Part shown: piece after piece, positions 19,557 to 28,976 of the stretch
How the letters are laid out: every line of letters starts with the position of its first letter
Numbering within the stretch: the first letter of the stretch is position 1
Assembly (NCBI GenBank): GCA_022361255.1
Contig: JAKSBG010000475.1
Coordinates: 1-61,245, forward strand
DNA from: Verrucomicrobiales bacterium
GTDB taxonomy: Bacteria > Verrucomicrobiota > Verrucomicrobiia > Verrucomicrobiales > DEV007
Reading direction: 5' to 3'
DNA: 61,245 nucleotides
Position numbers and translations under genes: made by a program
The notes under the pieces: model-generated
Told to the model about the DNA's origin: nothing
Database searches by the model: none
The model's input: only the letters and a program-made list of their open reading frames with translations

Positions 19557-21263
19557 ATGAGCGAACCGCAAGTGAACGAACAGGAAGATGCCGAACTGGC
19601 CGAGCTGGCTGACAAGCCACTCGGAAAGCGCCTCGGCTATTACGCGAAGAAGACCGGCCCGGGCTGGTTGCAGGCAGCTATTACTCTGGGTGGAGGATCG
19701 CTTGCCGGCGCCCTTTTCCTCGGGGTGATGATGGGCTATAACCTGATGTGGCTCCAGCCGCTCGCGATGATTCTCGGCGTCGTCATGCTGAGTGCGATTG
19801 CCTATGTGACCCTCTCCACTGGCGAACGTCCTTTTGCAGCGATCAACCAGCACGTCAGTCCTGTCCTCGGCTGGGCCTGGCTCATCGCGGCAATGATGGC
19901 GAACATTGTCTGGTGTCTGCCTCAGTTTGCGCTGGGAACCGGCGCGGTGACGCAAAACCTGGTGCCTTCTCTCGAAAGCGTCGGCGCAGCACCCTGGATA
20001 GTGGGAGTGGTTTTGCTTGTTGCGGCAGCTTTCGTCGTGCGGGCCTACGACTCTGACAGCAGAGGCGTAAAGATTTTTGAGGGAATTCTCAAGGGGATGG
20101 TCGGAATCGTCGTGATTTCCTTCTTCCTCGTCGTGATTCGCCTGACGATGACCGGGGGATTGAACTGGGGCGAGATTCTCGCCGGATTTATCCCGAGCCT
20201 TTCGGACATCCGCGAGCCGGCTCCGAAAATTGCTGATGCAATCGCGGCTACCGGGGAAAGTGCTGAAATCTGGAGAAACAGCGTTGCCGGTGTCCAGAAA
20301 GACAAGGTCATCGCTGCCTTCGGGACAGCTGTCGGCATCAACATGACTTTTCTTCTGCCCTACTCGATGCTTCGCAAAGGCTGGGGGAAAAACCACCGCG
20401 GCCTCGCCATTTTTGACCTCGGCACCGGGCTCGTGATTCCGTTTGTGATCGCCACCGCCTGTATCGTGATTGCCGCAGCGAGTCAGTTCCATGCGCAAAC
20501 CGGAGACATTCTCAACGAAGACGGAACGGTTATTGCCGGCAAAGAAGGCGGCTTCAACGGCGTGGCCGATAAATTTATCGCGAAGCGCTACGCAGCGGAA
20601 CTCGAAGGCCTCGAGGGCGATGCACTGACGAACAAAGTCACGGAGCTTCGCGACGCTCTGCCGGTGGCGGATCGCAAAATCGCGGCGATGCTGGTCGACC
20701 GGAAGGATGCCGATCTTGCCAAGTCCCTTTCCTCGCTGGCGGGCCCGGGCGTTGGGAAAATCATTTTCGGTGTCGGTGTTCTGGGAATGGCGCTTTCGAC
20801 AATTATCATCCTGATGTTGATCAATGGTTTCTGTCTTTGTGAGGCCATGGGGCGCCCTGGAGATAAAAAACTCCACTTTCTCGGGAGTCTGATTCCCGGC
20901 TTCCTCGGAATCTGCTTTCCGCTGATCTGGACGGCGGAATCAAAAGCGGCTCTTGCGGTTCCGACTTCGGTCATCGGCAGCTCGCTGCTTCCGATTGCCT
21001 ATTTCATCTTCCTTCTGATGATGAACTCGAAGAAGCTGCTCGGCGACAAAATGCCGACCGGTGGGAAGCGGGTGGCGTGGAATGTGCTCATGTTCATCGC
21101 AACCGGCCTTGCCACCTTTGGCTCGATCTGGGCGTTGAAGGACAAGAGCCTCATGATTAAAGAAACGGTCATTCCTATGGGCAAAATCGGTATCGGCGTT
21201 CTCGCGATCCTCTTTGTGATCGGTATCATCGGCTTCATGAGCAAAAACAAGCGCACCGCTTAG
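19557..21263 (+). CDS. NRAMP-related (APC superfamily) secondary transporter
   Basis: About 11 hydrophobic segments, TM1 GPGWLQAAITLGGGS, G...GY.L.W, AVGINMTFL.PYS. Lacks the canonical DPGN motif. Confidence 0.75.
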   Translation: MSEPQVNEQEDAELAELADKPLGKRLGYYAKKTGPGWLQAAITLGGGSLAGALFLGVMMGYNLMWLQPLAMILGVVMLSAIAYVTLSTGERPFAAINQHVSPVLGWAWLIAAMMANIVWCLPQFALGTGAVTQNLVPSLESVGAAPWIVGVVLLVAAAFVVRAYDSDSRGVKIFEGILKGMVGIVVISFFLVVIRLTMTGGLNWGEILAGFIPSLSDIREPAPKIADAIAATGESAEIWRNSVAGVQKDKVIAAFGTAVGINMTFLLPYSMLRKGWGKNHRGLAIFDLGTGLVIPFVIATACIVIAAASQFHAQTGDILNEDGTVIAGKEGGFNGVADKFIAKRYAAELEGLEGDALTNKVTELRDALPVADRKIAAMLVDRKDADLAKSLSSLAGPGVGKIIFGVGVLGMALSTIIILMLINGFCLCEAMGRPGDKKLHFLGSLIPGFLGICFPLIWTAESKAALAVPTSVIGSSLLPIAYFIFLLMMNSKKLLGDKMPTGGKRVAWNVLMFIATGLATFGSIWALKDKSLMIKETVIPMGKIGIGVLAILFVIGIIGFMSKNKRTA

Positions 21264-21321
21264 TCAAAAACCTTTCACCTTTCTAACTACCCATTTTCCC
21301 GCCGCGAAGCGGCAACCAGTC

Positions 21322-22368
21322 ATGAAATTCGGAATCATCGGAGCAGGCATGATCGCCAACTTCCACGCCAAGGCAATTGCGGCGATGGAGGGCGGTGAAC
21401 TTCACTCTTTCTACGGCCGGCGCCAGGAAGCCGTCGACGAACTTGTCGCGGAAAACGGCGGCAAAGGCTACACGGATCTCGACGCGTTTCTCGCCGATCC
21501 GGAACTCGATATTGTCACGATTGCGACTCCGAGCGGAGCCCATCTCGAACCCGCTATCGCCGCAGCGAAGGCAGGGAAGCATGTCGTTTGCGAGAAGCCT
21601 CTCGAGATCACGCCCGAGCGGATCGATCTCATGATCGCGGCCTGTGAAGAGGCGGGTGTGACTTTGTCAGGAATCTTCAACCGCCGCTTTCACCCGGCGA
21701 TGGATGCCTTCAAAAAAGCGGTCGATGAGGGCCGGTTCGGCACTCTCACCATGTGTGATGCCTACGTGAAGTGGTATCGCGATCAGGCCTACTACGACTC
21801 CGGTGCCTGGCGCGGCACGTGGGCGCTCGACGGTGGCGGTGCATTGATGAATCAGTCCATCCACTTGATTGATCAGCTCATCTACCTGGCCGGCGATGTC
21901 GCTTCCGTATCCGCATCAATGGCCTGCCTCGCCCACGAAGGAATCGAGGTGGAAGATACGGCGGTCGCTGTCCTGGAATTCAAAAACGGAGCTCGCGGTG
22001 TCATTCAGGGATCGACAGCCTGTTGGTCGTCGACCGGTCATCCCGCAGAAGTTCACCTCTGCGGCGATCAGGGTTCCGCTTTCCTCGCCGATGAAAAGTT
22101 CCGCGTTTGGGATTTCGCGGAAGAAGCGCCCGAGGATTCGGAGATTCGCGAAACGTTGATGCAGGGATCCGAGACAAAGGGACTCGGAGCCAACGATCCG
22201 TCCGCGATCAATTTTCTCGGTCACCAGCTGAATTTCGAAGACGTAGTCAAAGCGATCGGAGAAGGTCGCTCTCCGCGGGTGGACGGCAAAGAAGCCCGCC
22301 GTGCCGTGGCCCTCATTTGTGCGATCTACGAAAGCGCGAAAAATGACGGTGCCAAAGTGCATCTCTAG
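21322..22368 (+). CDS. Gfo/Idh/MocA family oxidoreductase
   Basis: GIIGAGMIA, ATPSG.H, CEKPL, WRGTW.LDGGGALMNQSIH..D. Confidence 0.93.
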   Translation: MKFGIIGAGMIANFHAKAIAAMEGGELHSFYGRRQEAVDELVAENGGKGYTDLDAFLADPELDIVTIATPSGAHLEPAIAAAKAGKHVVCEKPLEITPERIDLMIAACEEAGVTLSGIFNRRFHPAMDAFKKAVDEGRFGTLTMCDAYVKWYRDQAYYDSGAWRGTWALDGGGALMNQSIHLIDQLIYLAGDVASVSASMACLAHEGIEVEDTAVAVLEFKNGARGVIQGSTACWSSTGHPAEVHLCGDQGSAFLADEKFRVWDFAEEAPEDSEIRETLMQGSETKGLGANDPSAINFLGHQLNFEDVVKAIGEGRSPRVDGKEARRAVALICAIYESAKNDGAKVHL

Positions 22369-22379
22369 GACCAGGGGGA

Positions 22380-23231
22380 ATGTCGGAATTGCTTCTCGCG
22401 ACCGGAGGAGGTCAGATCGTCGCTTTTGATCCGTCGACGGATCAGCATTCGTGCGTGTTCCACAGCTCGGATGATGAAGCAATGATGGGGATCGCGGCGG
22501 TTGGAGAATTCCTCTTCGTCGCCAGCCTCAGCCGCATTTACAAATTGCGCCTGAGCGATTTCTCGAAGGTGGCGGAGACGGAATTCTACGAGCCGACCCC
22601 GGATTTTCACCAGATGCAGTTCTATGACGGGCGACTCTACGTCACCTCGACAAAAATCAACGAAATCTGGATCTACGATGAGGACCTCCGCCTGACGGAG
22701 CAAAAAGTGGTCGCTCCGCCCAACCCGAAACGAAGGATCAAATACAAGAAGAACTACAATCACCTCAATAACATCATCCGTCACGAGGGGCGGTTTTATA
22801 TCGGGCTCAACTGGCTGACGACAACGCAGTACGCGAACAGCGGTGTGCTCGTGTGTGATGAAAATCTGGAGGAGGTGGAGCGCTTCGAATTTGGCTGGGA
22901 AACGCATGACTTTCAGTTCATCGACGGGAAACGGGTCGCCATCTGTGCCACTTCGGACAAAGGCAAGAGAGTGAAGCACGTTCGGCGTTCCGGGCTCATG
23001 GTGGAAGGGGAGCTGGTTTTCGAGCACGACTCCGACGAGGCGTTTTGCAAAGGGCTTTGTTATGATGAGAGGTTCATTTACCTCTGCGGGGGGAGAAAAA
23101 TGGAACGAAAGCACCGGAAAAAGTCGAATTCCATCATCTACATTCTGAACCGCGAAGATTACTCACTTGCGCGGAAGTTCGAAAGCACCGACATCAAAGC
23201 GGTGAAGGGCGCGATTATCCGGCCTTCGTGA
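22380..23231 (+). CDS. Hypothetical beta-propeller protein (possibly distant DUF4915/TIGR03032-like)
   Basis: Repeated blade-like strands with FHQM, NHLNNI, THDF, FCKGL. Closely spaced between the oxidoreductase and epimerase genes. Confidence 0.6.
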   Translation: MSELLLATGGGQIVAFDPSTDQHSCVFHSSDDEAMMGIAAVGEFLFVASLSRIYKLRLSDFSKVAETEFYEPTPDFHQMQFYDGRLYVTSTKINEIWIYDEDLRLTEQKVVAPPNPKRRIKYKKNYNHLNNIIRHEGRFYIGLNWLTTTQYANSGVLVCDENLEEVERFEFGWETHDFQFIDGKRVAICATSDKGKRVKHVRRSGLMVEGELVFEHDSDEAFCKGLCYDERFIYLCGGRKMERKHRKKSNSIIYILNREDYSLARKFESTDIKAVKGAIIRPS

Positions 23232-23240
23232 TCCTCCAGT

Positions 23241-24212
23241 ATGAAATCTGCCCTCGTTACCGGTGCTGCCGGATTCATTGCCAGCCGAGTTGCCCGTCGT
23301 CTCGTCGACGACGGCGTGGAGGTTGTGGGCATTGATAACATTAATGATGCATACGACAAGCGGATCAAAGAGCATCGGCTCGCCGGCTTGAGCGGAGCGG
23401 AGGGGTTCACCTTCTACGAGGCCGATATCGAGAATCTTTACGAGCTCGATCCGATCTTTGAAAAGCACCACTTTGACGTGGTTTTCAATCTCGCTGCCCG
23501 GGCCGGCGTTCGATACAGCATCGAGAATCCGCATGTCTACATGCAATCGAATGCCCAGGGCGCACTGAATATTCTGGAGCTGATGCAACAGCGGAAATGC
23601 GAAAAGCTCGTTCTCGCTTCGACTTCATCGCTCTATGCCGGCCAGCCGATGCCCTTCCAAGAAGATCTTCCCGTGGAGCAGCCTCTTTCCCCCTACGCCG
23701 CGTCGAAGAAGGCGGCCGAGGTGATGAGCTACACCTACCATCACCTCTACGGGATCGATGTCAGCATTCTCCGTTATTTCACCGTTTACGGCCCTGCCGG
23801 TCGGCCGGATATGGCACCGTTTCGATTCATCAAGTGGATTCACGAAGGTACGCCGATCACCGTTTTCGGAGATGGCAGCCAGACCCGGGATTTCACCTAC
23901 GTCGACGACATTGCCAGGGGCACAGTTCTCGCGGCGAAGCCGCTCGGGCACACGGTTATCAATCTGGGGGGAGGGAAGCGTCCCGTGGCCCTGCTCGATT
24001 TCATTCACATGATCGAAGAGCGGCTCGGTAAGAAAGCGGAACTCGTTTTCCAGCCGATGAGCGCTTCCGAAATGGTGGATACATCCGCTAACATTCAGAA
24101 AGCGAAAGACGTGCTCGACTGGGAGCCGGAGATCGATCTGGAGACCGGATTGGATCGCACTGTCGAGTGGTACCTGGAAAATCTCGACTGGGCTTCGCAG
24201 GTGGAGTTGTAG
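23241..24212 (+). CDS. NAD-dependent epimerase (UDP-glucuronate 4-epimerase-like extended SDR)
   Basis: TGAAGFIA, LAARAGVRYS.ENP..Y, ASTSS.Y, YAASK, RYFTVYGP.GRPDMA, RDFTYVDD. Confidence 0.9.
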   Translation: MKSALVTGAAGFIASRVARRLVDDGVEVVGIDNINDAYDKRIKEHRLAGLSGAEGFTFYEADIENLYELDPIFEKHHFDVVFNLAARAGVRYSIENPHVYMQSNAQGALNILELMQQRKCEKLVLASTSSLYAGQPMPFQEDLPVEQPLSPYAASKKAAEVMSYTYHHLYGIDVSILRYFTVYGPAGRPDMAPFRFIKWIHEGTPITVFGDGSQTRDFTYVDDIARGTVLAAKPLGHTVINLGGGKRPVALLDFIHMIEERLGKKAELVFQPMSASEMVDTSANIQKAKDVLDWEPEIDLETGLDRTVEWYLENLDWASQVEL

Positions 24213-24219
24213 TGGATGG

Positions 24220-25980
24220 CTACGGCGAATCCAGTGTGATGTCGCCCTTTCCGATGAGGTAGCGAGGATAGCCATCGATGCCCAGAGTGATTGAGCCGCT
24301 GTCATCCGCCACAACCGGTGATCGATTGCCCATTGGATCGATAAGGGTCCAATCAGATTCACTCACACGAACGGTGGTGGCGGTTTCTTTCCCGGTGGAA
24401 AAGATTGCGATGATATTTTCTTCCCGGCGCCGGAACCGGTAGGCATAGACTCCGTCCTGATCGGTTAGCACTTTGTCAAAAGTAGCTCCGTTCAATATGT
24501 CTGTGAGAGCTGCCAGCGAACCGTAGACAAATCGCGGACAGAACCAGTGATCAAGAAAACCGAAATCCTGGGAGACCCGCTTCGGGCCGAGTGTCATGCG
24601 CGAACCGAAAAGCAATGCTCCGGCGTGTCCTGATGCCCAGCAGTAGAGAACTTTTTGCGGGAGGATTTCCGCCTTCCGTCGTTCCTGGTCGAGCCTCCAT
24701 GCATCGACTCCCATTTCGGTGTTGATCACTTTGGGAGTGGGAATCCCGGCAGCCCGGTGCATCAGCAGAATTGCCTCGTGGTCGTCGATCAGCTCCCGGA
24801 GATAGCCGTGAGAGTGGTAGGCAACAAAAGGAGTCTCATTGCTGAGTTTTCCGATGAATTGTTTGGTGCGCTCTGGATCGGCGAGGGAATAGCCTCCGTT
24901 CACAACGGGGGTGTCCGGCAGGATTTTGCTGATTTCATCCTCTGAAAATTGAAAATGGTTAATGTATTCCTCCGGGGTTCCCCTCCAGAAATCGACCTGA
25001 TCCGGCTCATTGAAAATTTGCACCACCCGGGCATCCTTCCCGTAACGCTCGACGAGAGCGCGGGTGTAGGCTCGTTGCGGCTCTTCGCGTTTGGGGAAGC
25101 GCCAGAGGGCGGAGTTAGAGTCCCGGTATGCGGTGGCCGTTGCCCAGTCGGGAGCATTCATAAGTTGAAGCCCGAGAGAAAATCCGCGTGAGGTGTAGGC
25201 GTTCACTGCGGCATCCATGCGGTCAAAGGAGAAGCGGTAGGTGCCGCCCGGGGTGGTCCGGTCACCCATCTCCATTGACTCATCCGTTCGCACGACCTGG
25301 AATCCTAACCGGGCCATCAAGGTGGCTTCCAGATTGCGGGCGTTTTCTTCCGTGAGGGTTGCGGGAAGGGTCGCATCACCGGCAATCGTCCAGTGGTAGC
25401 GGCCGGGGAAAGCGCAAACGCCGAGGAAGAATTCATCATCCTTCCAGCTTTCCCTGACAGAATTCAAATCGGGTGTGACGGCGAAACTGCGAACGAGGCG
25501 GGCCGTGCAGGTTTCGTCGCGGTATCCGTCGAGAGTCAGGAGCCATGCTCCGCGTGTTTTGGTCTGGAATACAAAACGCTGCGCTGCTCCCGCATCGACC
25601 TTCCATTGACCCACCGGGTGATTGTGCCAGTTCCAGATGGTGAGAACGGCGTGGTCAAACTGATCGGGCGAAGATGCTGCGGTGACGGAAAAGGAGTTGT
25701 CCCCGGTCGCAACCACCGACCAGACAAAGGGATTTTCCGGAGTCAGGGAAAGGCCGTCTTTCTCCGAAAACGCTTCGTGAATTTCTTCGTTGAGAAAAGG
25801 AACGCCGGTGACCTTGAGCCTTTCGGCCGCAGGCGAAAGCGATACGACGGTTTCGCCTGCGCGCAGTCCGGGATCAACCGGACAGAGGAACGCAGCCGCT
25901 GCCAAAGGCAGGAGTCCTTGAATTACCCGGCTGCCGAACAACAGCCGACCTTTCTTCATCGGCGTTTTCACCGATGACAC
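24220..25980 (-). CDS. Putative secreted glycoside hydrolase, clan GH-A (GH39/GH5-like)
   Basis: Acid/base FNEPD, YH.H, nucleophile INTEMG, DFG.LD, D.MGN C-terminal motif. Start is GTG 25980 or ATG 25959. Confidence 0.68.
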   Translation of the reverse strand: MSSVKTPMKKGRLLFGSRVIQGLLPLAAAAFLCPVDPGLRAGETVVSLSPAAERLKVTGVPFLNEEIHEAFSEKDGLSLTPENPFVWSVVATGDNSFSVTAASSPDQFDHAVLTIWNWHNHPVGQWKVDAGAAQRFVFQTKTRGAWLLTLDGYRDETCTARLVRSFAVTPDLNSVRESWKDDEFFLGVCAFPGRYHWTIAGDATLPATLTEENARNLEATLMARLGFQVVRTDESMEMGDRTTPGGTYRFSFDRMDAAVNAYTSRGFSLGLQLMNAPDWATATAYRDSNSALWRFPKREEPQRAYTRALVERYGKDARVVQIFNEPDQVDFWRGTPEEYINHFQFSEDEISKILPDTPVVNGGYSLADPERTKQFIGKLSNETPFVAYHSHGYLRELIDDHEAILLMHRAAGIPTPKVINTEMGVDAWRLDQERRKAEILPQKVLYCWASGHAGALLFGSRMTLGPKRVSQDFGFLDHWFCPRFVYGSLAALTDILNGATFDKVLTDQDGVYAYRFRRREENIIAIFSTGKETATTVRVSESDWTLIDPMGNRSPVVADDSGSITLGIDGYPRYLIGKGDITLDSP

Positions 25981-27029
25981 TACTGGTTGGGTCGCTGTTG
26001 CGGACGCGGTTTAGGCTTCGGCAGGACCGGAATTTCGGCGGCATCAGCGGAATTACTCGGAGCGAGCGGTTTTACCGCTTTGAGATATTTAAACAGGTCA
26101 CTGTCGGTCGAAAGAACGACGGTACTCTCTCCGGCGAGCATGTCTTCGTACATCTCCATGGTGCGGAGAAACTGGTAGAATTCTGCCGATTCCTCAGAGA
26201 CGTCGAAGGCTTTCGCATAGATCTCGGTTGCTTTCGCGTCTGCTTCACCTTTCACCGTTTCGACTTTTTTGTATGCTTCCGATTCGATCTCTTTCAGATC
26301 GCGCTCCATATCACCCAGGATTTTGGCGGCCTCCCCGGCCCCCTCGGACCGGAAACGCTCCGCGATTTGCTGGCGCTCGGAGATCATCCGCTCGTAAATG
26401 CGGTTCCGGACATCCTGATTGTAATTGATCCGCTTGAAGCGGACGTCGAGCAGCTCGATTCCAAACTCACGAAGTTTCGTCCGGCTCGTTCCGAAGATGT
26501 CTTTTTCCAAAGCCGTGCGTCCGCGACGAATCGGGATCAGCTTTCCAACCGAACCGGTCAGATCGGCTTCCGCGATATCTTCGGCAACCGTCGGCTTGCG
26601 ATCTTTGGTGGTGCGGATGACCTCGATCAGTTCGTGTTTTGCAACGGTGTTTCTCGTTTCGGATCCGAGAATATCATTGAGCCGGGAAATTGCGCTGCGC
26701 TCGTCTCGAAGGCGTTCGAAGTAGACGAGGGCATCGACGATTCTCCAGCGTGCATAGGTGTCGACCGCGATGTAGGTTTTATCCTTGGTCGGCATTTCGC
26801 TGGCATCACCGTCCCATTCGAGGATTCGCTGATCGAAGCGCCGGATCTTCTGAATAAAGGGGATTTTAAATTTCAGTCCCGGCTCGGTGATCGGTTCGCC
26901 CTGGGCTTCTCCAAACTGTGTGATGATGACCTGTTCGGTTTCGTGGACCGTGTAGAACGCTCCGCTGAGAACGAGAAGTCCAAAAACGAATGCGATGGCG
27001 ATCAAACATCCAATACCTGATTTTTTCAT
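25980..27029 (-). CDS. hflC: FtsH protease modulator HflC
   Basis: N-terminal TM, ITQFG, PGL.FK.PF.Q, RM.SER..IA..FRSEG, EFYQFLR. Confidence 0.93.
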   Translation of the reverse strand: MKKSGIGCLIAIAFVFGLLVLSGAFYTVHETEQVIITQFGEAQGEPITEPGLKFKIPFIQKIRRFDQRILEWDGDASEMPTKDKTYIAVDTYARWRIVDALVYFERLRDERSAISRLNDILGSETRNTVAKHELIEVIRTTKDRKPTVAEDIAEADLTGSVGKLIPIRRGRTALEKDIFGTSRTKLREFGIELLDVRFKRINYNQDVRNRIYERMISERQQIAERFRSEGAGEAAKILGDMERDLKEIESEAYKKVETVKGEADAKATEIYAKAFDVSEESAEFYQFLRTMEMYEDMLAGESTVVLSTDSDLFKYLKAVKPLAPSNSADAAEIPVLPKPKPRPQQRPNQ

Positions 27030-27050
27030 GACTAAATACGGGGCTGAAAT

Positions 27051-28043
27051 TTACTTGGCGGGAGTTGCGGCGGGACCAATGGGGAGGAAGGGGAGAACGT
27101 TGTTCGCCTCCTCGTCGAGGATGACTTTCTTTCCGAGCTTCGGCATGACTTTCTCCATCGATTCGAGATAGATTCGCCGCCTCGTGACTTCGGGTGCTTT
27201 TTTGTATTCGGTGTAGAGAGCGGTAAAGCGGGTCGCGTCACCCTCCGCCTCATTGATTCGCTGTGTCGCGTAACCTTCCGCTTCGGTAATCTGCCGTTCC
27301 GCTTCCCCGCGTGCTTTGGGAACCTCCTTGTTGTATTCACCGTTGGCGACGTTGATAGCGCGCTCTTTCTCCTGCTGCGCCTGATTTACTTCGTTGAAGG
27401 AAGCTTGAACCGCCTGGGGAGGGTTCACATCTTTCAACTGCGTCTGGTCAATCGTAATTCCGAGCTCGTAGAGCGTGACGAGCGCCTTGAGCTTCTCTGT
27501 GCATTCGTTCTCGATTTCCTGACGACCGATCGTGATCACTTCATCGACGGTGCGATCGCCGACCACTTCGCGCATCACCGACTCGCTCGCATCGCGAAGC
27601 GTGGCGTCGGCATTGCGGACTTCGAAAAGGTATTTCTCCGGCTCGCTGATCCGGTACTGGATCACCCACTCGACGAGAGCGGCGTTCAAATCCCCGGTCA
27701 CCATCGCTTTCTCCGCTTCCTGAGTCCGGGGGTCGTAGGAATATTGGTAGGGATTTGTGTTGCCGGTGGTGCCGAACCCGAATTCGTGTTTCAGCTGCCG
27801 TTGCACGGGCACTTTTTCCACCTTGTCGATTCCCCAGGGAACTTTGAAATGCAGACCGGGAGGTACGGTGTTGATGTGCTTTCCGAAGCGGGTGACGACG
27901 CCGGCTTCCTCCTGTTCGACGGTATAGAAGGAACTGAATATCGCCCAGACAATCAGGAGACCGATAAATCCGAAGAGCAGAACTTTGCCCAGTTTCTCCG
28001 GCGGTTTGATCTCAACTACTTCGTTTCCGATCTGAATTTGCAT
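27051..28043 (-). CDS. hflK: FtsH protease modulator HflK
   Basis: TM, VV.RFG, PGLH, MVTGD.N, PP..VQ.SF.EV..A, P.ARGEA, APEVTR.R.YLE. Start ATG 28043 preferred. Confidence 0.93.
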   Translation of the reverse strand: MQIQIGNEVVEIKPPEKLGKVLLFGFIGLLIVWAIFSSFYTVEQEEAGVVTRFGKHINTVPPGLHFKVPWGIDKVEKVPVQRQLKHEFGFGTTGNTNPYQYSYDPRTQEAEKAMVTGDLNAALVEWVIQYRISEPEKYLFEVRNADATLRDASESVMREVVGDRTVDEVITIGRQEIENECTEKLKALVTLYELGITIDQTQLKDVNPPQAVQASFNEVNQAQQEKERAINVANGEYNKEVPKARGEAERQITEAEGYATQRINEAEGDATRFTALYTEYKKAPEVTRRRIYLESMEKVMPKLGKKVILDEEANNVLPFLPIGPAATPAK

Positions 28044-28112
28044 CCGTGACTGTAACGGCAACCGGTCGCGGTTCCAGTTACAAATACGAAGGAAATTTCC
28101 ACAGGGGCTTCA

Positions 28113-28976
28113 TCAGGCCGATGTCGCCATGCCTCCCCGAATCGCTGCGATCACCCGAACGCTGTCGGCGACTGCCTTCACATTGTGAACGCGAAAGATG
28201 TCAGCTTTTGCGATCAGTCCTCTGACGAGGCAGGCAATCGTTCCTGCATCCCGCTTCGAGGGATCATCGATGCTGAGCACGTCTCCGATTACGGTTTTCC
28301 GCGAGATCGGCAAAAGAATCGGAAGCCCGAAATGGGTGAGTCGCTCCAGGTTGCGATAAATGGCGAGGTTGTCGGCGCACTGCTTTGCGAAATCAATTCC
28401 CGGATCGAGAATCAGGTGTTCATCGTCAAGTCCGGCGCGGTTGGCCCGCTCAATCCGCTCCTCAAAAAACTGCTCCAGGGCAACCCACACATCTTCGTAT
28501 TGCTGTTCGGTGTGAGGGACTTTGGGAAGCCCTACGGTATGCATCAGAAGCAGGCTGGCCCCGAACTCATAACAAAGCCGTGCATTGGTGTCCTCGGCGA
28601 GGCCTCCTATGTCGTTGATAATCTGCACGCGCCCCGTGCCGAGAACTTCCTCGACTACTTTCGATCGCCAGGTATTGACTGAAAGGCGCGGCGGCCACAT
28701 CTGCAGTTCGTCGCGCGGTTCGATTTCCCGACAGGCGGTTTCAAACGCCTCCAGGAAAGGCAGGAGGCGCCCGATCTCCTCCGCTTCGGCGATCGCGTCA
28801 CGATTCGTTCGCGCACTTTCCGCTCCGACATCAATGATATCGGCACCGTTGCGAACCATCTGAACGGACTGTCGAAGCGCCTTTTCAACATCGAGCGTCC
28901 CGTCGCCGGAGAAAGAATCGTCATTGATATTGACGATCCCCATTACCCGGGGGAAAGACTGGAGTTCGCTCTTCAT
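28113..28976 (-). CDS. folP: Dihydropteroate synthase
   Basis: MGIVN...DSFS.DG, GADIIDVGAES, INDI, LMH, LDPGI.FAK, SRK, RVHNV. Confidence 0.88.
   Translation of the reverse strand: MKSELQSFPRVMGIVNINDDSFSGDGTLDVEKALRQSVQMVRNGADIIDVGAESARTNRDAIAEAEEIGRLLPFLEAFETACREIEPRDELQMWPPRLSVNTWRSKVVEEVLGTGRVQIINDIGGLAEDTNARLCYEFGASLLLMHTVGLPKVPHTEQQYEDVWVALEQFFEERIERANRAGLDDEHLILDPGIDFAKQCADNLAIYRNLERLTHFGLPILLPISRKTVIGDVLSIDDPSKRDAGTIACLVRGLIAKADIFRVHNVKAVADSVRVIAAIRGGMATSA

Noticed and set aside
28095-28103. Isolated DnaA-box-like 9-mers (ATTTCCACA here; TGTTGATAA near 52462)
   Set aside because: Single imperfect copies are expected by chance and are not clustered.
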